From: Thermoplasmata archaeon
GTDB lineage: Archaea > Thermoplasmatota > Thermoplasmata > Sysuiplasmatales > Sysuiplasmataceae
Length of the DNA stretch: 64,000 nucleotides
Reading direction: 5' to 3'
Assembly (NCBI GenBank): GCA_021817225.1
Contig: JAKAVR010000001.1
Coordinates: 72,002 to 136,001, forward strand
The notes below the pieces were generated by a model. It was not told where the DNA came from. It ran no database searches and worked only from the letters and a program-made list of their open reading frames with translations. Below, one piece after another: positions 19,766 to 29,312 of this stretch. The position numbers were made by a program, and so were the translations under genes. How positions within the stretch are numbered: position 1 is the stretch's first letter; the number at the start of each line of letters is the position of its first letter.

Positions 19766-20997
19766 AGAGTTTGTCTCTCATGACAGGAAACGCAGCTGCA
19801 GCCTGGGGAGCAAGGCTTGCGCGCGTTGATTACATCCCCGCTTACCCTATCACTCCACAGACTGAAATTATAGAGACACTTTCCAGTTGGATAAGGAACG
19901 GCGAAATGGATGCAAAGCTGGTTCAGCTTGAATCGGAGCATTCCATGCTCACCGCCGCCGGTGCCGCGTCCTCCACAGGCGCTAGGGTGTTCACGGCCAC
20001 GTCAAGCCAGGGGCTTCTGTATGGCATGGAGATGCTGTATAACATAACGGGCTGGAGGACTCCGCTTGTTCTTGTGAACGTCTCAAGGGCGCTGGCCGCT
20101 CCAATAACACTTGAGCCTGACCACAATGATGTTCTTGCTGCAAGGGACAGTGGTTTCCTTCAGCTCCACGCTGAGAACTGCCAGGAGATAGTTGACATGA
20201 TCCTTCTCTCATACAGGCTCGCCGAAGACAGGAAGGTCATGCTGCCGGCCATTGTGAATCTCGACGGTTTCTACCTGTCTTTTACAAGGGAAAGGGTCGC
20301 GCTGCCTGACATGAAGAAGGTGGCAGAGTTCCTGCCTGAATACAATGGGTCCAATCCGTTCCGCGCGTCACGACCTGTTGCCAAAGCCTCTTCAGTCCTG
20401 TCAAGCAACCTCTACAGCTACTTCAGGTATCAGATGCACATCTCATCCCTCAATGCCCTTTCACTGCTTGGCAGAATATCGGGCGAATTTGAATCCCTCT
20501 TCGGCAGGTCATACGGACCGGTGGAGGAATTCATGACTGATGATGCAGACTATGTCCTTGTCATGACAAACTCATTCTCCACCATTGGAAAGCAGGCAGT
20601 TGTCAGGATGAGGTCAAGAGGCGTCAGGGCCGGGCTGCTCAGGATACGGATGCTGAGGCCATTCCCCGCTGACGCCATCGCCTCTGTGCTTGCCGGAAAA
20701 AGAGCTGTTGCCGTATTCGATCAGAACATCGCCCCTGGTTCAGGCGGAATAATCTACCCGGAGATTGTCTCTTCCCTGTATCACCTGAAGAACCGGCCCG
20801 AAGATGTATTCCCTGTCATCGGCGGCCTTGGAGGCAAGCAGATAACAATGGGAGAAATGGAGATGATATTCGAAATGATGCACAAGGGTCACTGGTCCGC
20901 TGAAGGGCCGCACAGTCCCCTGTACCTGATGAGGAATGATGAAATAGAATCGGTCAAGAAGAACCTTCAGATTGCAGGACAGGTGGTGAGACAATGA
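19762..20997 (+). CDS. porA: 2-oxoacid:ferredoxin oxidoreductase alpha subunit
   Basis: 411 aa, typical POR alpha sequence, 4-nt overlap with the upstream gene. Confidence 0.85.
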   Translation: MKSLSLMTGNAAAAWGARLARVDYIPAYPITPQTEIIETLSSWIRNGEMDAKLVQLESEHSMLTAAGAASSTGARVFTATSSQGLLYGMEMLYNITGWRTPLVLVNVSRALAAPITLEPDHNDVLAARDSGFLQLHAENCQEIVDMILLSYRLAEDRKVMLPAIVNLDGFYLSFTRERVALPDMKKVAEFLPEYNGSNPFRASRPVAKASSVLSSNLYSYFRYQMHISSLNALSLLGRISGEFESLFGRSYGPVEEFMTDDADYVLVMTNSFSTIGKQAVVRMRSRGVRAGLLRIRMLRPFPADAIASVLAGKRAVAVFDQNIAPGSGGIIYPEIVSSLYHLKNRPEDVFPVIGGLGGKQITMGEMEMIFEMMHKGHWSAEGPHSPLYLMRNDEIESVKKNLQIAGQVVRQ

Positions 20998-21959
20998 TGT
21001 CAGATGAGGCATACCGGACGGTAAAGGACCTGCCCACCGAGGAGTTCATGGTTCCTGGGAATCCGCTGTGTGCAGGCTGCGGGGGCCTTCTGGCCGTCAG
21101 ACTGTTTCACAAGGCGTTGGGAGGAAAGGTTGTCTGGGTCAATGCTGCCGGATGCATGACTATGCTGTCAGTCTATCCGTATTCACCACTTCAGTCAAGC
21201 TGGCTCTATACCGCTTTTGCGAGCGCGCCCGCGGGCGCTCAGGGAATAAGGGATGCTCTGGACCTGCTGATGAAGAAAGGGAAGATTTCACCAGACGAGG
21301 ATTTGAAGGTTGTAGTTGTCACAGGGGATGGAGCGGCCTACGACATTGGTTTGCAGTCTACGCTTGGTGCAGTGCAGAGGAATCTGGACTTCTACTACCT
21401 TTGCTACGACAACGAGGCTTACGGTAATACGGGCTTCCAGATGTCCTCAGCCACACCATACGGTTCGTCGTCTGCAACCACGGAACCGACGGGCTCTTTT
21501 CCGGAGGGTAACACCGGGCATAAGAAGGACCTGTTCGAGGTCTGGAAGTCTCAGAAACCCGCCTATCTCGCAACCATCTCGGCTGCGCGCACTGTGGACT
21601 TCCTCCAGAAGGTGGAGAAGTCCATGAAGATATCCGGTCCGAAGCTGTTCATCTCTCCCGTTGGCTGCCCGACAGGCTGGGGGTACGATCCGCAGGATAC
21701 GATAAGGATCGAGAAGCTGGGCATAGAAACAGGCATGTGGCCGCTGAAGGAGTACATTGATGGCAAGGTGAAGCACACGTACGTGCCACGTGCATTGAAG
21801 CCTGTTGAACAGTATCTGGAGACACAGTCGCGCTACAGGCATCTCTTCAAACCGGCCAGGAATGAAGATGCGCTGGCAATCATCCAGGAGGATATCAACA
21901 GATACTGGGCGGAGGCTTCCAAGGCAGAGGGATTCGAGATAAGGCTGATAGGCACCTGA
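20994..21959 (+). CDS. porB: 2-oxoacid:ferredoxin oxidoreductase beta subunit (TPP-binding)
   Basis: 321 aa with a 'CAGCGG...' Cys cluster and TPP motif 'VVTGDGAAYDIG'. Confidence 0.85.
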   Translation: MMSDEAYRTVKDLPTEEFMVPGNPLCAGCGGLLAVRLFHKALGGKVVWVNAAGCMTMLSVYPYSPLQSSWLYTAFASAPAGAQGIRDALDLLMKKGKISPDEDLKVVVVTGDGAAYDIGLQSTLGAVQRNLDFYYLCYDNEAYGNTGFQMSSATPYGSSSATTEPTGSFPEGNTGHKKDLFEVWKSQKPAYLATISAARTVDFLQKVEKSMKISGPKLFISPVGCPTGWGYDPQDTIRIEKLGIETGMWPLKEYIDGKVKHTYVPRALKPVEQYLETQSRYRHLFKPARNEDALAIIQEDINRYWAEASKAEGFEIRLIGT

Positions 21960-21971
21960 TTGACTGCATGG

Positions 21972-22472
21972 CTAACTGCCACCAGGAGGAAGGTTGAATC
22001 TGTGCCCCATGAGCAGTGCCTTCCATGCGGATGTTATCACGACAAACTCCAGGGCCGCCAGTCCAGCCAATCCAAGGAAGCCTGGAAGCGGGTTGCCGTA
22101 TGTCGCCGGAGGAAAGGTCCTCAAGCCGCTGGTCAGGAAAAGGTAGAGCGCCATGGAGACAGCTGCGAGTACCATCCCCGAAGGCAGCGTAATCAGCGTC
22201 CTGCCACGTGTCATGGCGAAGACACCCATTCCCAGAAGCAGCGAGGCACCGACTATCACTCCAACCGGTACGAACTGAAGATTACCGTAAAGGAAAACGT
22301 ACTCCGGCCCGTGAGGCCGGTAAACGGAGAGCACAAGCGCCGCGGCGTTCATCAGCAAACCTGCGGCCGCAAGTATTCTGCCCTCCTGCTGTGTGGGAAT
22401 AACGGTGCGTGTCCTCCCGACGCGAATCCTGACAATCGTCCTGAAAGTCCATTTTGGCTGTCCGTCTTCCAT
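21972..22472 (-). CDS. hypothetical membrane protein
   Basis: 166 aa with 4-5 hydrophobic helices. Confidence 0.35.
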   Translation of the reverse strand: MEDGQPKWTFRTIVRIRVGRTRTVIPTQQEGRILAAAGLLMNAAALVLSVYRPHGPEYVFLYGNLQFVPVGVIVGASLLLGMGVFAMTRGRTLITLPSGMVLAAVSMALYLFLTSGLRTFPPATYGNPLPGFLGLAGLAALEFVVITSAWKALLMGHRFNLPPGGS

Positions 22473-22517
22473 TAGCGCCCGCCACCGCGGTGCATTCCGA
22501 TGTGATGCACAGTGCGC

Positions 22518-23315
22518 TCAGGCATCTAATAGTTTTCTTCTGAAATGCAGCTCTGAGCCGACACGCCTGAAGCCTGCCCTCAGGAGTATGGGCATCGAGG
22601 TGGATTCTCTGGCGGTTACAACGGCATATCTGGCGCCGAGTCTGAAACCTTCGGAACACCTTGCCTGCACCAGCGCGCCGTACATGCCTCTGTTCCTGCA
22701 GTCAGGATGGGTGCCCCCGCCCCAGAGTTTGAGTATGTTTCCATCTAATGTGGCACCCCCGCTCGCGACTGTCTTTCCATTGCAGGAAACTGTCATGGAA
22801 ATGCTCTTTTCCTCCTCAGATTCCTTTACAATGTTCTCCGCCCTCTCCTTCGTCTCCTCGTCGCTGGATGCAGTACGCTGGAAGGCCCACTCACTTACTT
22901 TCAGTGACTCCATTGCGTCCTGGACGGTCCTGATCCTTTTCACCTCTACGCCATCGGCGATCCTCATGCGCGGCAGGACAGGCCACCTTCCTTCTCCCAT
23001 GTCAAAGTAAAGGTAGTCCAGTCTGTCATCCGGGACATACCCGTGCCCGATGAGCACCTGCCCCATATCAGCCGGTACGCTGCCTGGCTTGCACTGCCAT
23101 GTCACCACATTCCTCTCATTGCTCTTTACAAGCTTCTCGACATCCGCAATCAGGACATCAGTATCTCTGTCGTTGAACCTGTCAACTATGTTACTCTCCG
23201 TTGAAAGTTTCCAGAGCGTGAGCCTGAAGCGGTTGCTTTCAAAAACGATGGAACCGGGCGGACACCAGTACCAGGCTGCGATGACAGCCGCGAGCTCTTC
23301 TTCGCTCATTTCCAT
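22518..23315 (-). CDS. GNAT-family acetyltransferase (probable)
   Basis: C-terminal 'RNRGMYGALVQARCSEGFRLGARYAVV' resembles GNAT motif A. Confidence 0.45.
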   Translation of the reverse strand: MEMSEEELAAVIAAWYWCPPGSIVFESNRFRLTLWKLSTESNIVDRFNDRDTDVLIADVEKLVKSNERNVVTWQCKPGSVPADMGQVLIGHGYVPDDRLDYLYFDMGEGRWPVLPRMRIADGVEVKRIRTVQDAMESLKVSEWAFQRTASSDEETKERAENIVKESEEEKSISMTVSCNGKTVASGGATLDGNILKLWGGGTHPDCRNRGMYGALVQARCSEGFRLGARYAVVTARESTSMPILLRAGFRRVGSELHFRRKLLDA

Positions 23316-23394
23316 CGGCGTGCGCCCACCATTGTGTTTAGAAGCACGGCTGGACCGTGCCTCGTTTCGAGATTTTCAGGAAACAGCCCGGCGC

Positions 23395-23700
23395 TCAGCC
23401 AAACAGGGCGCCCAGACCAGCTGCAGCTTCTTCTTCGGAAACAGCCTCTTCCTTCTTCTCTTCCTTTTTCTTCTCTTCCTTCTTCTCGGCTGGCGCTGCT
23501 GCCTGCGGTGCGGGTGCTGCCATCATGGCTGCACTTGCAATTGCTTCCTCTATGTTGACGCCGCTAAGGGAGGCGGTAAGAGCCTTTATTCTTGCCTGAT
23601 CTGGCTCAAGACCGGCCGCCTTGATGATGTTCGCAACACTCTCGTCGTTTATCTCCTTGCCAGCGCTGTGCAGCAGCAAAGCACTGTATATGTACTCCAT
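23395..23700 (-). CDS. rpl12: 50S ribosomal stalk protein P1 (L12)
   Basis: 101 aa. '[18 protein letters not shown]', KE-rich hinge, C-terminal 'GLGALFG'. Confidence 0.9.
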   Translation of the reverse strand: MEYIYSALLLHSAGKEINDESVANIIKAAGLEPDQARIKALTASLSGVNIEEAIASAAMMAAPAPQAAAPAEKKEEKKKEEKKEEAVSEEEAAAGLGALFG

Positions 23701-23730
23701 TCCTATACCTCCGTTTTTCCGTTTGATATT

Positions 23731-24594
23731 TCAGGCATCCCCTGTCTTCTTCTTGAGCGCGGATGCCTGTGCAGTTGCCTTTGAAAGGAGCAGTTTCACC
23801 GTCTCCTTCGTCGGTATTTCTGCGTACACGCTCAGGTTGACTGCGTTCTTGTGCGCGTCTCCAAGCAGGTGTCTCACACTTAAGGGCGTGAAGTATCTGC
23901 TCTTGACTGCAAGCGATAGAGCCTGCCGGGAAGCAGTGGCCAGGTCTGACAGCATTCTGGCGTCGTCGACCTGAAGCACATCCTTCCTGAACAGCAGCCC
24001 CTCTTCGAACATTGCCTTGACTTCGAGTCCGGCCACCAGAGGGAATATCTCCATTCTTGTCAGTGCGGATGCGATCGCGGGAGCAATCACGTCCCCTTTC
24101 TTGACAAGCAGCTTGTCCTTCTTGATTACCACCTTGCCGCCCTCGATGCTTGCCGGCAATCCCGCCTTCTGGAGCTCGCCCACGATCGGTCCGGGCTTGA
24201 ACGAGGTCTCGCCGGCCTTGATTTCTATATCCTCGGGGGATATCTCGCCGCCCCTGGCTGCCAGGCGCGTCTTGTTCTTTTCAAGCGTCCTGTAGAGGGC
24301 GAAGGGATTCTGGTTTGAGCATATGAGCGCCGTCTGGTCGTGGGAAACAAGTTCTTCAAGCTGGCCCAGACCCTTGACGTCCTTTCCGACCTGATCCAGT
24401 GCCATCTTGATAAGCTTGCCCCTCGATACGTGTATCTGTGCCACACCGCTCAGTTTCTTTCGAATCTGCTGGAACTGGGCTGCCGGGAGTCCCCTGATGC
24501 TTACCACTCCTACAACCTTCGAGGTTCTCAAGCTGTCAGCCAGCACTTTCAAGTTTTCCGTTTTCCAACTTCTTGAGTGAGCCATTGACAGCAC
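23731..24594 (-). CDS. rplP0: 50S ribosomal protein P0 (L10)
   Basis: 287 aa, typical acidic ribosomal P0. Conserved order after L1. Confidence 0.9.
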   Translation of the reverse strand: MLSMAHSRSWKTENLKVLADSLRTSKVVGVVSIRGLPAAQFQQIRKKLSGVAQIHVSRGKLIKMALDQVGKDVKGLGQLEELVSHDQTALICSNQNPFALYRTLEKNKTRLAARGGEISPEDIEIKAGETSFKPGPIVGELQKAGLPASIEGGKVVIKKDKLLVKKGDVIAPAIASALTRMEIFPLVAGLEVKAMFEEGLLFRKDVLQVDDARMLSDLATASRQALSLAVKSRYFTPLSVRHLLGDAHKNAVNLSVYAEIPTKETVKLLLSKATAQASALKKKTGDA

Positions 24595-25293
24595 CTACAT
24601 GATCCTCACTGCGGGCCCCATTGTCGTCTTGACATAGGCCGATTCGAGGTTTATCCTTCCCTTCTCCAGCCTTCCGATCACCCTGTTCAGAACAGTATCA
24701 ATGTTATCTGCCAGATCTTCAGGGTTCATAGACCTGGTGCCTACATGAGCCTGAAATGTCTTCTTCTCCCTGGTTCTCACAGAAGTTGTTCTCTTGAGGG
24801 TGTTAATTATGGGCGCCGGGTCGGAACCAGGCTGTATCGGCTTCGGCATTTTTCCCCTGGGACCGAGAACAACTCCCATTTTTCTTCCAATCGTTGCCAT
24901 CAGCGGGGCTTCGGCTATGAAATAGTCATACTGCCTTGCCAGGCTCTTCGCATTCTTCTTGTCATCCATGTACTTGTTGAACTCATCCGGCGAGATGACG
25001 AGATCTGCTGCCGCCCGTGCCTTGATCGCCATTTCCCCTCCACCGAACAGGCAGACCCTGATGGCCTTGCCTCTTCCCTTGGGGAGTATGATGTCCTCCT
25101 GTATCCTGTTCTTCGGAACAGACAGGTCTACATCCCTCAGATTGATGGCAACTTCAACGCTCTCCTCAAACTTCCTCTGAGGTGCTATCGTGATTGCCTT
25201 CTTGACAGCTTCTACTGTTTCCTTGTTTGCCAAATAATCATCCTCTTGTAGTGCAGCGAACCTTTCCGGTTCTCCTACAACGGCAGACCACAC
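24595..25293 (-). CDS. rpl1: 50S ribosomal protein L1
   Basis: 'GVVLGPRGKMPKP' signature. Position between L11 and P0. Confidence 0.85.
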   Translation of the reverse strand: MWSAVVGEPERFAALQEDDYLANKETVEAVKKAITIAPQRKFEESVEVAINLRDVDLSVPKNRIQEDIILPKGRGKAIRVCLFGGGEMAIKARAAADLVISPDEFNKYMDDKKNAKSLARQYDYFIAEAPLMATIGRKMGVVLGPRGKMPKPIQPGSDPAPIINTLKRTTSVRTREKKTFQAHVGTRSMNPEDLADNIDTVLNRVIGRLEKGRINLESAYVKTTMGPAVRIM

Positions 25294-25416
25294 TTAAGGC
25301 GACCAAGATTTAAAGTTTTGCCCGCTCCCCATCAGCTGCCATTGCCTTACGGTGTGCCATGGCTCATGTTTTGCACTTGAACCGGGAAGATCCATGTTGT
25401 GACGGAGTGCCTGCTT

Positions 25417-25890
25417 TCACTTCAGCTTGCTGTCCCAGGTGCCCTTGTTGATTTCATCAATAACTGCTTTGGGCTCCTTGCCCTCCACTGTTACACCTAC
25501 AGACACGCACGTGCCAACGACTTCCTTCGCTCTTGTCTTCACAGTTGCACCCAGGGACGACTCCTTCTTCATATCGGCTATCTTGAGAACCTGTGCCATT
25601 GACAGGTTGCCGGCCTTAGTGCCTTTGGGGTTTCCAGAGCCCTTCTCCACTCCCAGCTCCTTGAGTATAAGGGCAGTAGTGGGCGGCGTTCCGACAAGTA
25701 TGTTGAACGTCTTGTCCGCGTTTACCTCTATAGTAACCGGGACCTTCATCCCTGAAAACTGCCTGGTTTTTTCATTTATTTCCTGCACGATCTTCGCAAC
25801 GTTGACACCCAAGGGTCCCAGTGCAGGTCCGAGCGGGTTTCCGGGTGTTGCCTTTCCAGCATCAATGAGTGCATTTATCCTGTCAGCCAT
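25417..25890 (-). CDS. rpl11: 50S ribosomal protein L11
   Basis: 157 aa with 'PPTTALILKELG' and 'KIADMK' L11 motifs. Confidence 0.9.
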   Translation of the reverse strand: MADRINALIDAGKATPGNPLGPALGPLGVNVAKIVQEINEKTRQFSGMKVPVTIEVNADKTFNILVGTPPTTALILKELGVEKGSGNPKGTKAGNLSMAQVLKIADMKKESSLGATVKTRAKEVVGTCVSVGVTVEGKEPKAVIDEINKGTWDSKLK

Positions 25891-25918
25891 CAGTCATCAC
25901 CATCTCTTGTGAATCAAT

Positions 25919-26845
25919 TCACTTATCCTTCTCAATAACTCTGACATGGTCCCCTCTGACCGTCACCGGTATGGGGACAACTGCCTCGAATAACTCGACC
26001 GTTATTTCCTCTTTGCCGTGATCAATGCGCTGAACACGTGCCTTTTCACCCTTGAACGGTCCAGACACGAGCTCCACAATATCGCCTTCGACAATTCCAC
26101 TGACCGTTGGTTTCGGCGTAAGGAAATGGCTTACCTCATCAAGCGAAGTTTCGCCTTTGACGAGGCCGTGGGTCTTCCTTATCCCGCGGACAGCGTTCTC
26201 TATCTTGTCGCTGTTCATGGCCTCGATAAGCACGTAACCCCTTATTGTGGATGGGAGAAGAATTGAATATATGCCGAGCTGGCCGTCCTTTGCCCTTGCG
26301 CCAATGGAGTCAGCAACCTCTCTTTCCTGGCCTATGGCTGTCTTCACAGCAAGTATGGATGGCCTGACAGCAACCTTGAACCTGGGAGTCTGCGTGGCCC
26401 CCTTCGATGTAATGGAAACGCCGACTTCCGTTGCATCCCCAAATGATGCACCGGGCGCAACTGACACGCCCACTGTGACCCAGTGATCCCCCGTGCTTAG
26501 GTTTGCATCAAATTCAGCAGGAAGGCTTGTGTAGCTGTCCCATTTGACCACGCCGTCAAGGTATACCTTCACCTGCCAGTCGGGCGATCCCTCAACCTCG
26601 GTTATGAGTCTTGGTTCCGCCTTGAAATGAAACGAACTGTCACTTTCCACCTTGAGTTTGGCGCTGAACTCTGCATTTCCGCCAACGGGTACGACGGCCT
26701 CCTTCTCACCAGGCACTTCCATTACGAATGACTTTATACCCTGTCCCTGCGAGACGCTGCTTCCAGTTTCATAGGATGACACTTTCAAAGACCCCCAGAG
26801 GTTCAACCGAATATTCCCGAACTGATTGACGGGAAGTATGTCCAT
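25919..26845 (-). CDS. spt5: transcription elongation factor Spt5 (NusG) with an in-frame ~150-aa N-terminal extension
   Basis: The C-terminal 150 aa are the NGN domain ('ILAVKTAIGQEREVA') plus KOW ('GDIVELVSGPFKGEKARV'). The frame stays open upstream through a beta-rich region to near the secE stop. Confidence 0.75.
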   Translation of the reverse strand: MDILPVNQFGNIRLNLWGSLKVSSYETGSSVSQGQGIKSFVMEVPGEKEAVVPVGGNAEFSAKLKVESDSSFHFKAEPRLITEVEGSPDWQVKVYLDGVVKWDSYTSLPAEFDANLSTGDHWVTVGVSVAPGASFGDATEVGVSITSKGATQTPRFKVAVRPSILAVKTAIGQEREVADSIGARAKDGQLGIYSILLPSTIRGYVLIEAMNSDKIENAVRGIRKTHGLVKGETSLDEVSHFLTPKPTVSGIVEGDIVELVSGPFKGEKARVQRIDHGKEEITVELFEAVVPIPVTVRGDHVRVIEKDK

Positions 26846-27063
26846 ACCAGGTAAAGGAGAAAGCCAAGTCCTCCGATGAGGAAAAGGCCAAGAGCGACCA
26901 TCTTCACTACCCTGACATATTCATCCATGGTTGGCTTTCTGGCCATTTTGAATATTCTTCCATACTTTCCCTTACCGATGTTTCTGAACCGTTCCTCAAG
27001 CTTCCGCTGGGCCTGGTAGGTTGTCTCGGTAAAGTCGAAGTTGGTTATCGAATTGCTCATCAC
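26803..27063 (-). CDS. secE: preprotein translocase subunit SecE (Sec61 gamma)
   Basis: 'ARKPTMDEYVRVVKMVALGLFLIGGLGFLLY' is a single C-terminal TM. Position upstream of spt5. Confidence 0.7.
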   Translation of the reverse strand: MMSNSITNFDFTETTYQAQRKLEERFRNIGKGKYGRIFKMARKPTMDEYVRVVKMVALGLFLIGGLGFLLYLVWTYFPSISSGIFG

Positions 27064-27233
27064 ACGTTCCCTTCTTCACGATGCGCTTTGGTGTGGCGCA
27101 TTCGCTGTAAACTGGAGTCAATTCGGTCTACTACTTAATATTTCTTTGCAATAACAGGTTCTGGTCCTGCCCCTGACCATGAAGAAGTCACTCCGCCTGC
27201 CAGCGCAGGGACCAGTCCGGCAAGGTGCCTGTA

Positions 27234-28373
27234 TCACCTTATGAAGTCCATGTCGAGGGACTTTGTCTCGACATTGTCTGCCGGGCCAAGGATATGCTTG
27301 GACTTGACTCCTGTGAGGACAACCATGACTCTTACCTTCTTCTCCATGGCTGGGTCGATGGCAGCACCCCATATCAGCCTGGCCGAAGGGCTGATCTTTG
27401 TCTGGATCATCTCAGCCACCTTTTCAGCCTCGCTTACCGTCATGTCCGGGCCACCCACAACATTGACAAGTGCGCCGTTTGCTCCCGATATGTCCACATC
27501 AATCAGCGGAGAATTTATCGCCTCCATGACAGCGTCGCTGGCTCTTTCCTCGCCTTCGCCCTCACCCAGGCCAATCATGGCAACTCCCCCGCCCTTCATT
27601 ATTGTCTTGAGATCGTTGAAGTCAAGGTTGACCAGGCCGGGCTTGGTAATAACCTCGGTTATTCCCTTTATGCTCCTGACAAGCACTTCGTCCGCAACCT
27701 TGAATGCAGCATTGAGGGAGAGTCTCGGCACCAGTTCGAGCAGTTTGTCATTCGGTATTACAATGACTGTGTCAGCCACATTCCTTAACCTCTCCAGTCC
27801 CCATTCGGCGTTCTCAGCCCTTATTGCGCCTTCGGCTTTGAATGGTGAAGTGCATATGGCGATTGTGAGCGAGCCCATTTCCTTGGCCAGCTGTGAAACA
27901 AAAGGAGCCGCGCCGGTGCCTGTGCCGCCGCCAAGTCCTGCAGTGACAAAAACAATATCCGCTCCCTGAATTGACTTCCTGAGGTCGTCCTCGGCTTCTC
28001 TGGCAGCTTCCTCGCCAACCTGTGGCAGCGCACCTGCACCGAGTCCCCGCGTGCTTCTCCTGCCGAGCAGTATCTTGTGGGGTGCCCTGACAATAAGGAG
28101 GTGCTGCGCATCCGTGTTGGCGGCATACATTTCTGCCCCCGTTATGCCTGTTTCGACAAGCCTGTCTATGGTGTTTGTTCCGCCGCCGCCACAACCGACG
28201 ATCTTTATGTTTGTCTTCAGCCCGGAAAGAATCTTTATTAACTCATCGTCTTCCGCGCTGTACCCGTCCCCTGCCAGTTCAGGCTCCTCTGAGCCTTCAT
28301 CCTGTGACACTCTCGATATTGCATCATTCACTAACGATTTCATAAGGCTGACCTCGCATCCCACCCATCCCAA
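27234..28373 (-). CDS. ftsZ: cell division GTPase FtsZ (paralogue 1)
   Basis: 'VGCGGGGTNTI', 'AANTDAQHL', 'GLGGGTGTGAAP'. Confidence 0.9.
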   Translation of the reverse strand: MGWVGCEVSLMKSLVNDAISRVSQDEGSEEPELAGDGYSAEDDELIKILSGLKTNIKIVGCGGGGTNTIDRLVETGITGAEMYAANTDAQHLLIVRAPHKILLGRRSTRGLGAGALPQVGEEAAREAEDDLRKSIQGADIVFVTAGLGGGTGTGAAPFVSQLAKEMGSLTIAICTSPFKAEGAIRAENAEWGLERLRNVADTVIVIPNDKLLELVPRLSLNAAFKVADEVLVRSIKGITEVITKPGLVNLDFNDLKTIMKGGGVAMIGLGEGEGEERASDAVMEAINSPLIDVDISGANGALVNVVGGPDMTVSEAEKVAEMIQTKISPSARLIWGAAIDPAMEKKVRVMVVLTGVKSKHILGPADNVETKSLDMDFIR

Positions 28374-28589
28374 GGATCAGGAATTATAGGTATTGTATAG
28401 GTCTATCGTTTTGAAACATTAATAAGTTTCCATAGGTGATCGCCTCATCCCTGATTCTCGACTCGTGCTTCACACCCGCCCTCCATGCTCTCCGGTTCCA
28501 AGCCTGGAATCAGCGTTCTGATTCACAGGCAGCTGCTGACAGGGCAGGAAGCAGTTTTAACAACACGATGCGATTCGCGGGCGTTGTAG

Positions 28590-29312
28590 ATGCCTAAGTT
28601 CAGAGTAATCCTTGTCAGGCCCGAGGTGGAGGGCAACATAGGTGCGGTGGCAAGATCGATGGCGAATTTCGGTTTCGATGAATTGTACATGGTCTCGCCT
28701 GTGGGAATAGGCACCGAAGCACGCAACAGGGCGAAACATGGCAACTTCATCCTCGACGGTGCCATCCTGACGAAATCACTGGAGGACGCCCTGGAAGGCT
28801 GCGATATGGTCATCGGAACAACAGGAATAAGGAATCTCGGAGAAAAGAAATTTCTCAGGAATTTTGAGACGCCAAGGGAGTTTGCTGATAGGGTCTCAAA
28901 GACCAGGAGGAAATACGCACTGATTTTTGGGCCGGAAGGTCTGGGACTTTTCAACGAGGAACTCGCGAGATGCGACGCGCTGGTAAGCATTCCAGGTTCC
29001 CCCGAATACCCAGTGCTCAACCTGTCCCATGCAGTCACAGTGGTGCTGTACGAACTCTTTCTGACAGGCTATGTGAAAGACTCGGTTAAACTCTCTGTCG
29101 CATATGAAAAGGAGAAACTAAACAATCATTACTCAAACCTGCTGGATGCCATCTCTTACCCCGAGCACAAGAAGGAGAAGGCAAGGCTGATGTTTCGGCG
29201 GCTGGTTGGCAGGTCCGGCTTATCCAAGTGGGAGTTTTTCATCATGATGGGTGTGATCACCAGAACACTCTACTCACTCAGGCATTCCAGCGGAAGATAT
29301 GCGAAGAAGTGA
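28590..29312 (+). CDS. SpoU/TrmH-class RNA 2'-O-methyltransferase (TrmJ-like)
   Basis: 'FRVILVRPEVEGNIGAVARSMANFGF' and 'ALIFGPEGLGL ... SIPGSPEYPVLNLSHAV'. Confidence 0.7.
   Translation: MPKFRVILVRPEVEGNIGAVARSMANFGFDELYMVSPVGIGTEARNRAKHGNFILDGAILTKSLEDALEGCDMVIGTTGIRNLGEKKFLRNFETPREFADRVSKTRRKYALIFGPEGLGLFNEELARCDALVSIPGSPEYPVLNLSHAVTVVLYELFLTGYVKDSVKLSVAYEKEKLNNHYSNLLDAISYPEHKKEKARLMFRRLVGRSGLSKWEFFIMMGVITRTLYSLRHSSGRYAKK

Noticed and set aside
23400-23530. Short tandem GAA/GAG/AAG repeats that superficially resemble a repeat array
   Set aside because: This is the Lys/Glu-rich flexible hinge of ribosomal protein P1. It is coding low-complexity sequence, not a CRISPR array or a satellite.
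23050-23784. 244-aa + ORF and several 70-100-aa ORFs overlapping the P1/P0 ribosomal genes
   Set aside because: They are antisense to highly conserved ribosomal protein genes and their composition is low-complexity and non-protein-like. They are by-products of the K/E/A-rich codons on the other strand.
27241-28389. Several + strand ORFs (242 aa, 187 aa, 112 aa)
   Set aside because: They are antisense to ftsZ, whose tubulin/FtsZ signature motifs are unambiguous.
28523-29038. 171-aa minus-strand ORF
   Set aside because: Antisense to the SpoU/TrmJ-like methyltransferase gene. Ser/Pro-rich and non-protein-like.
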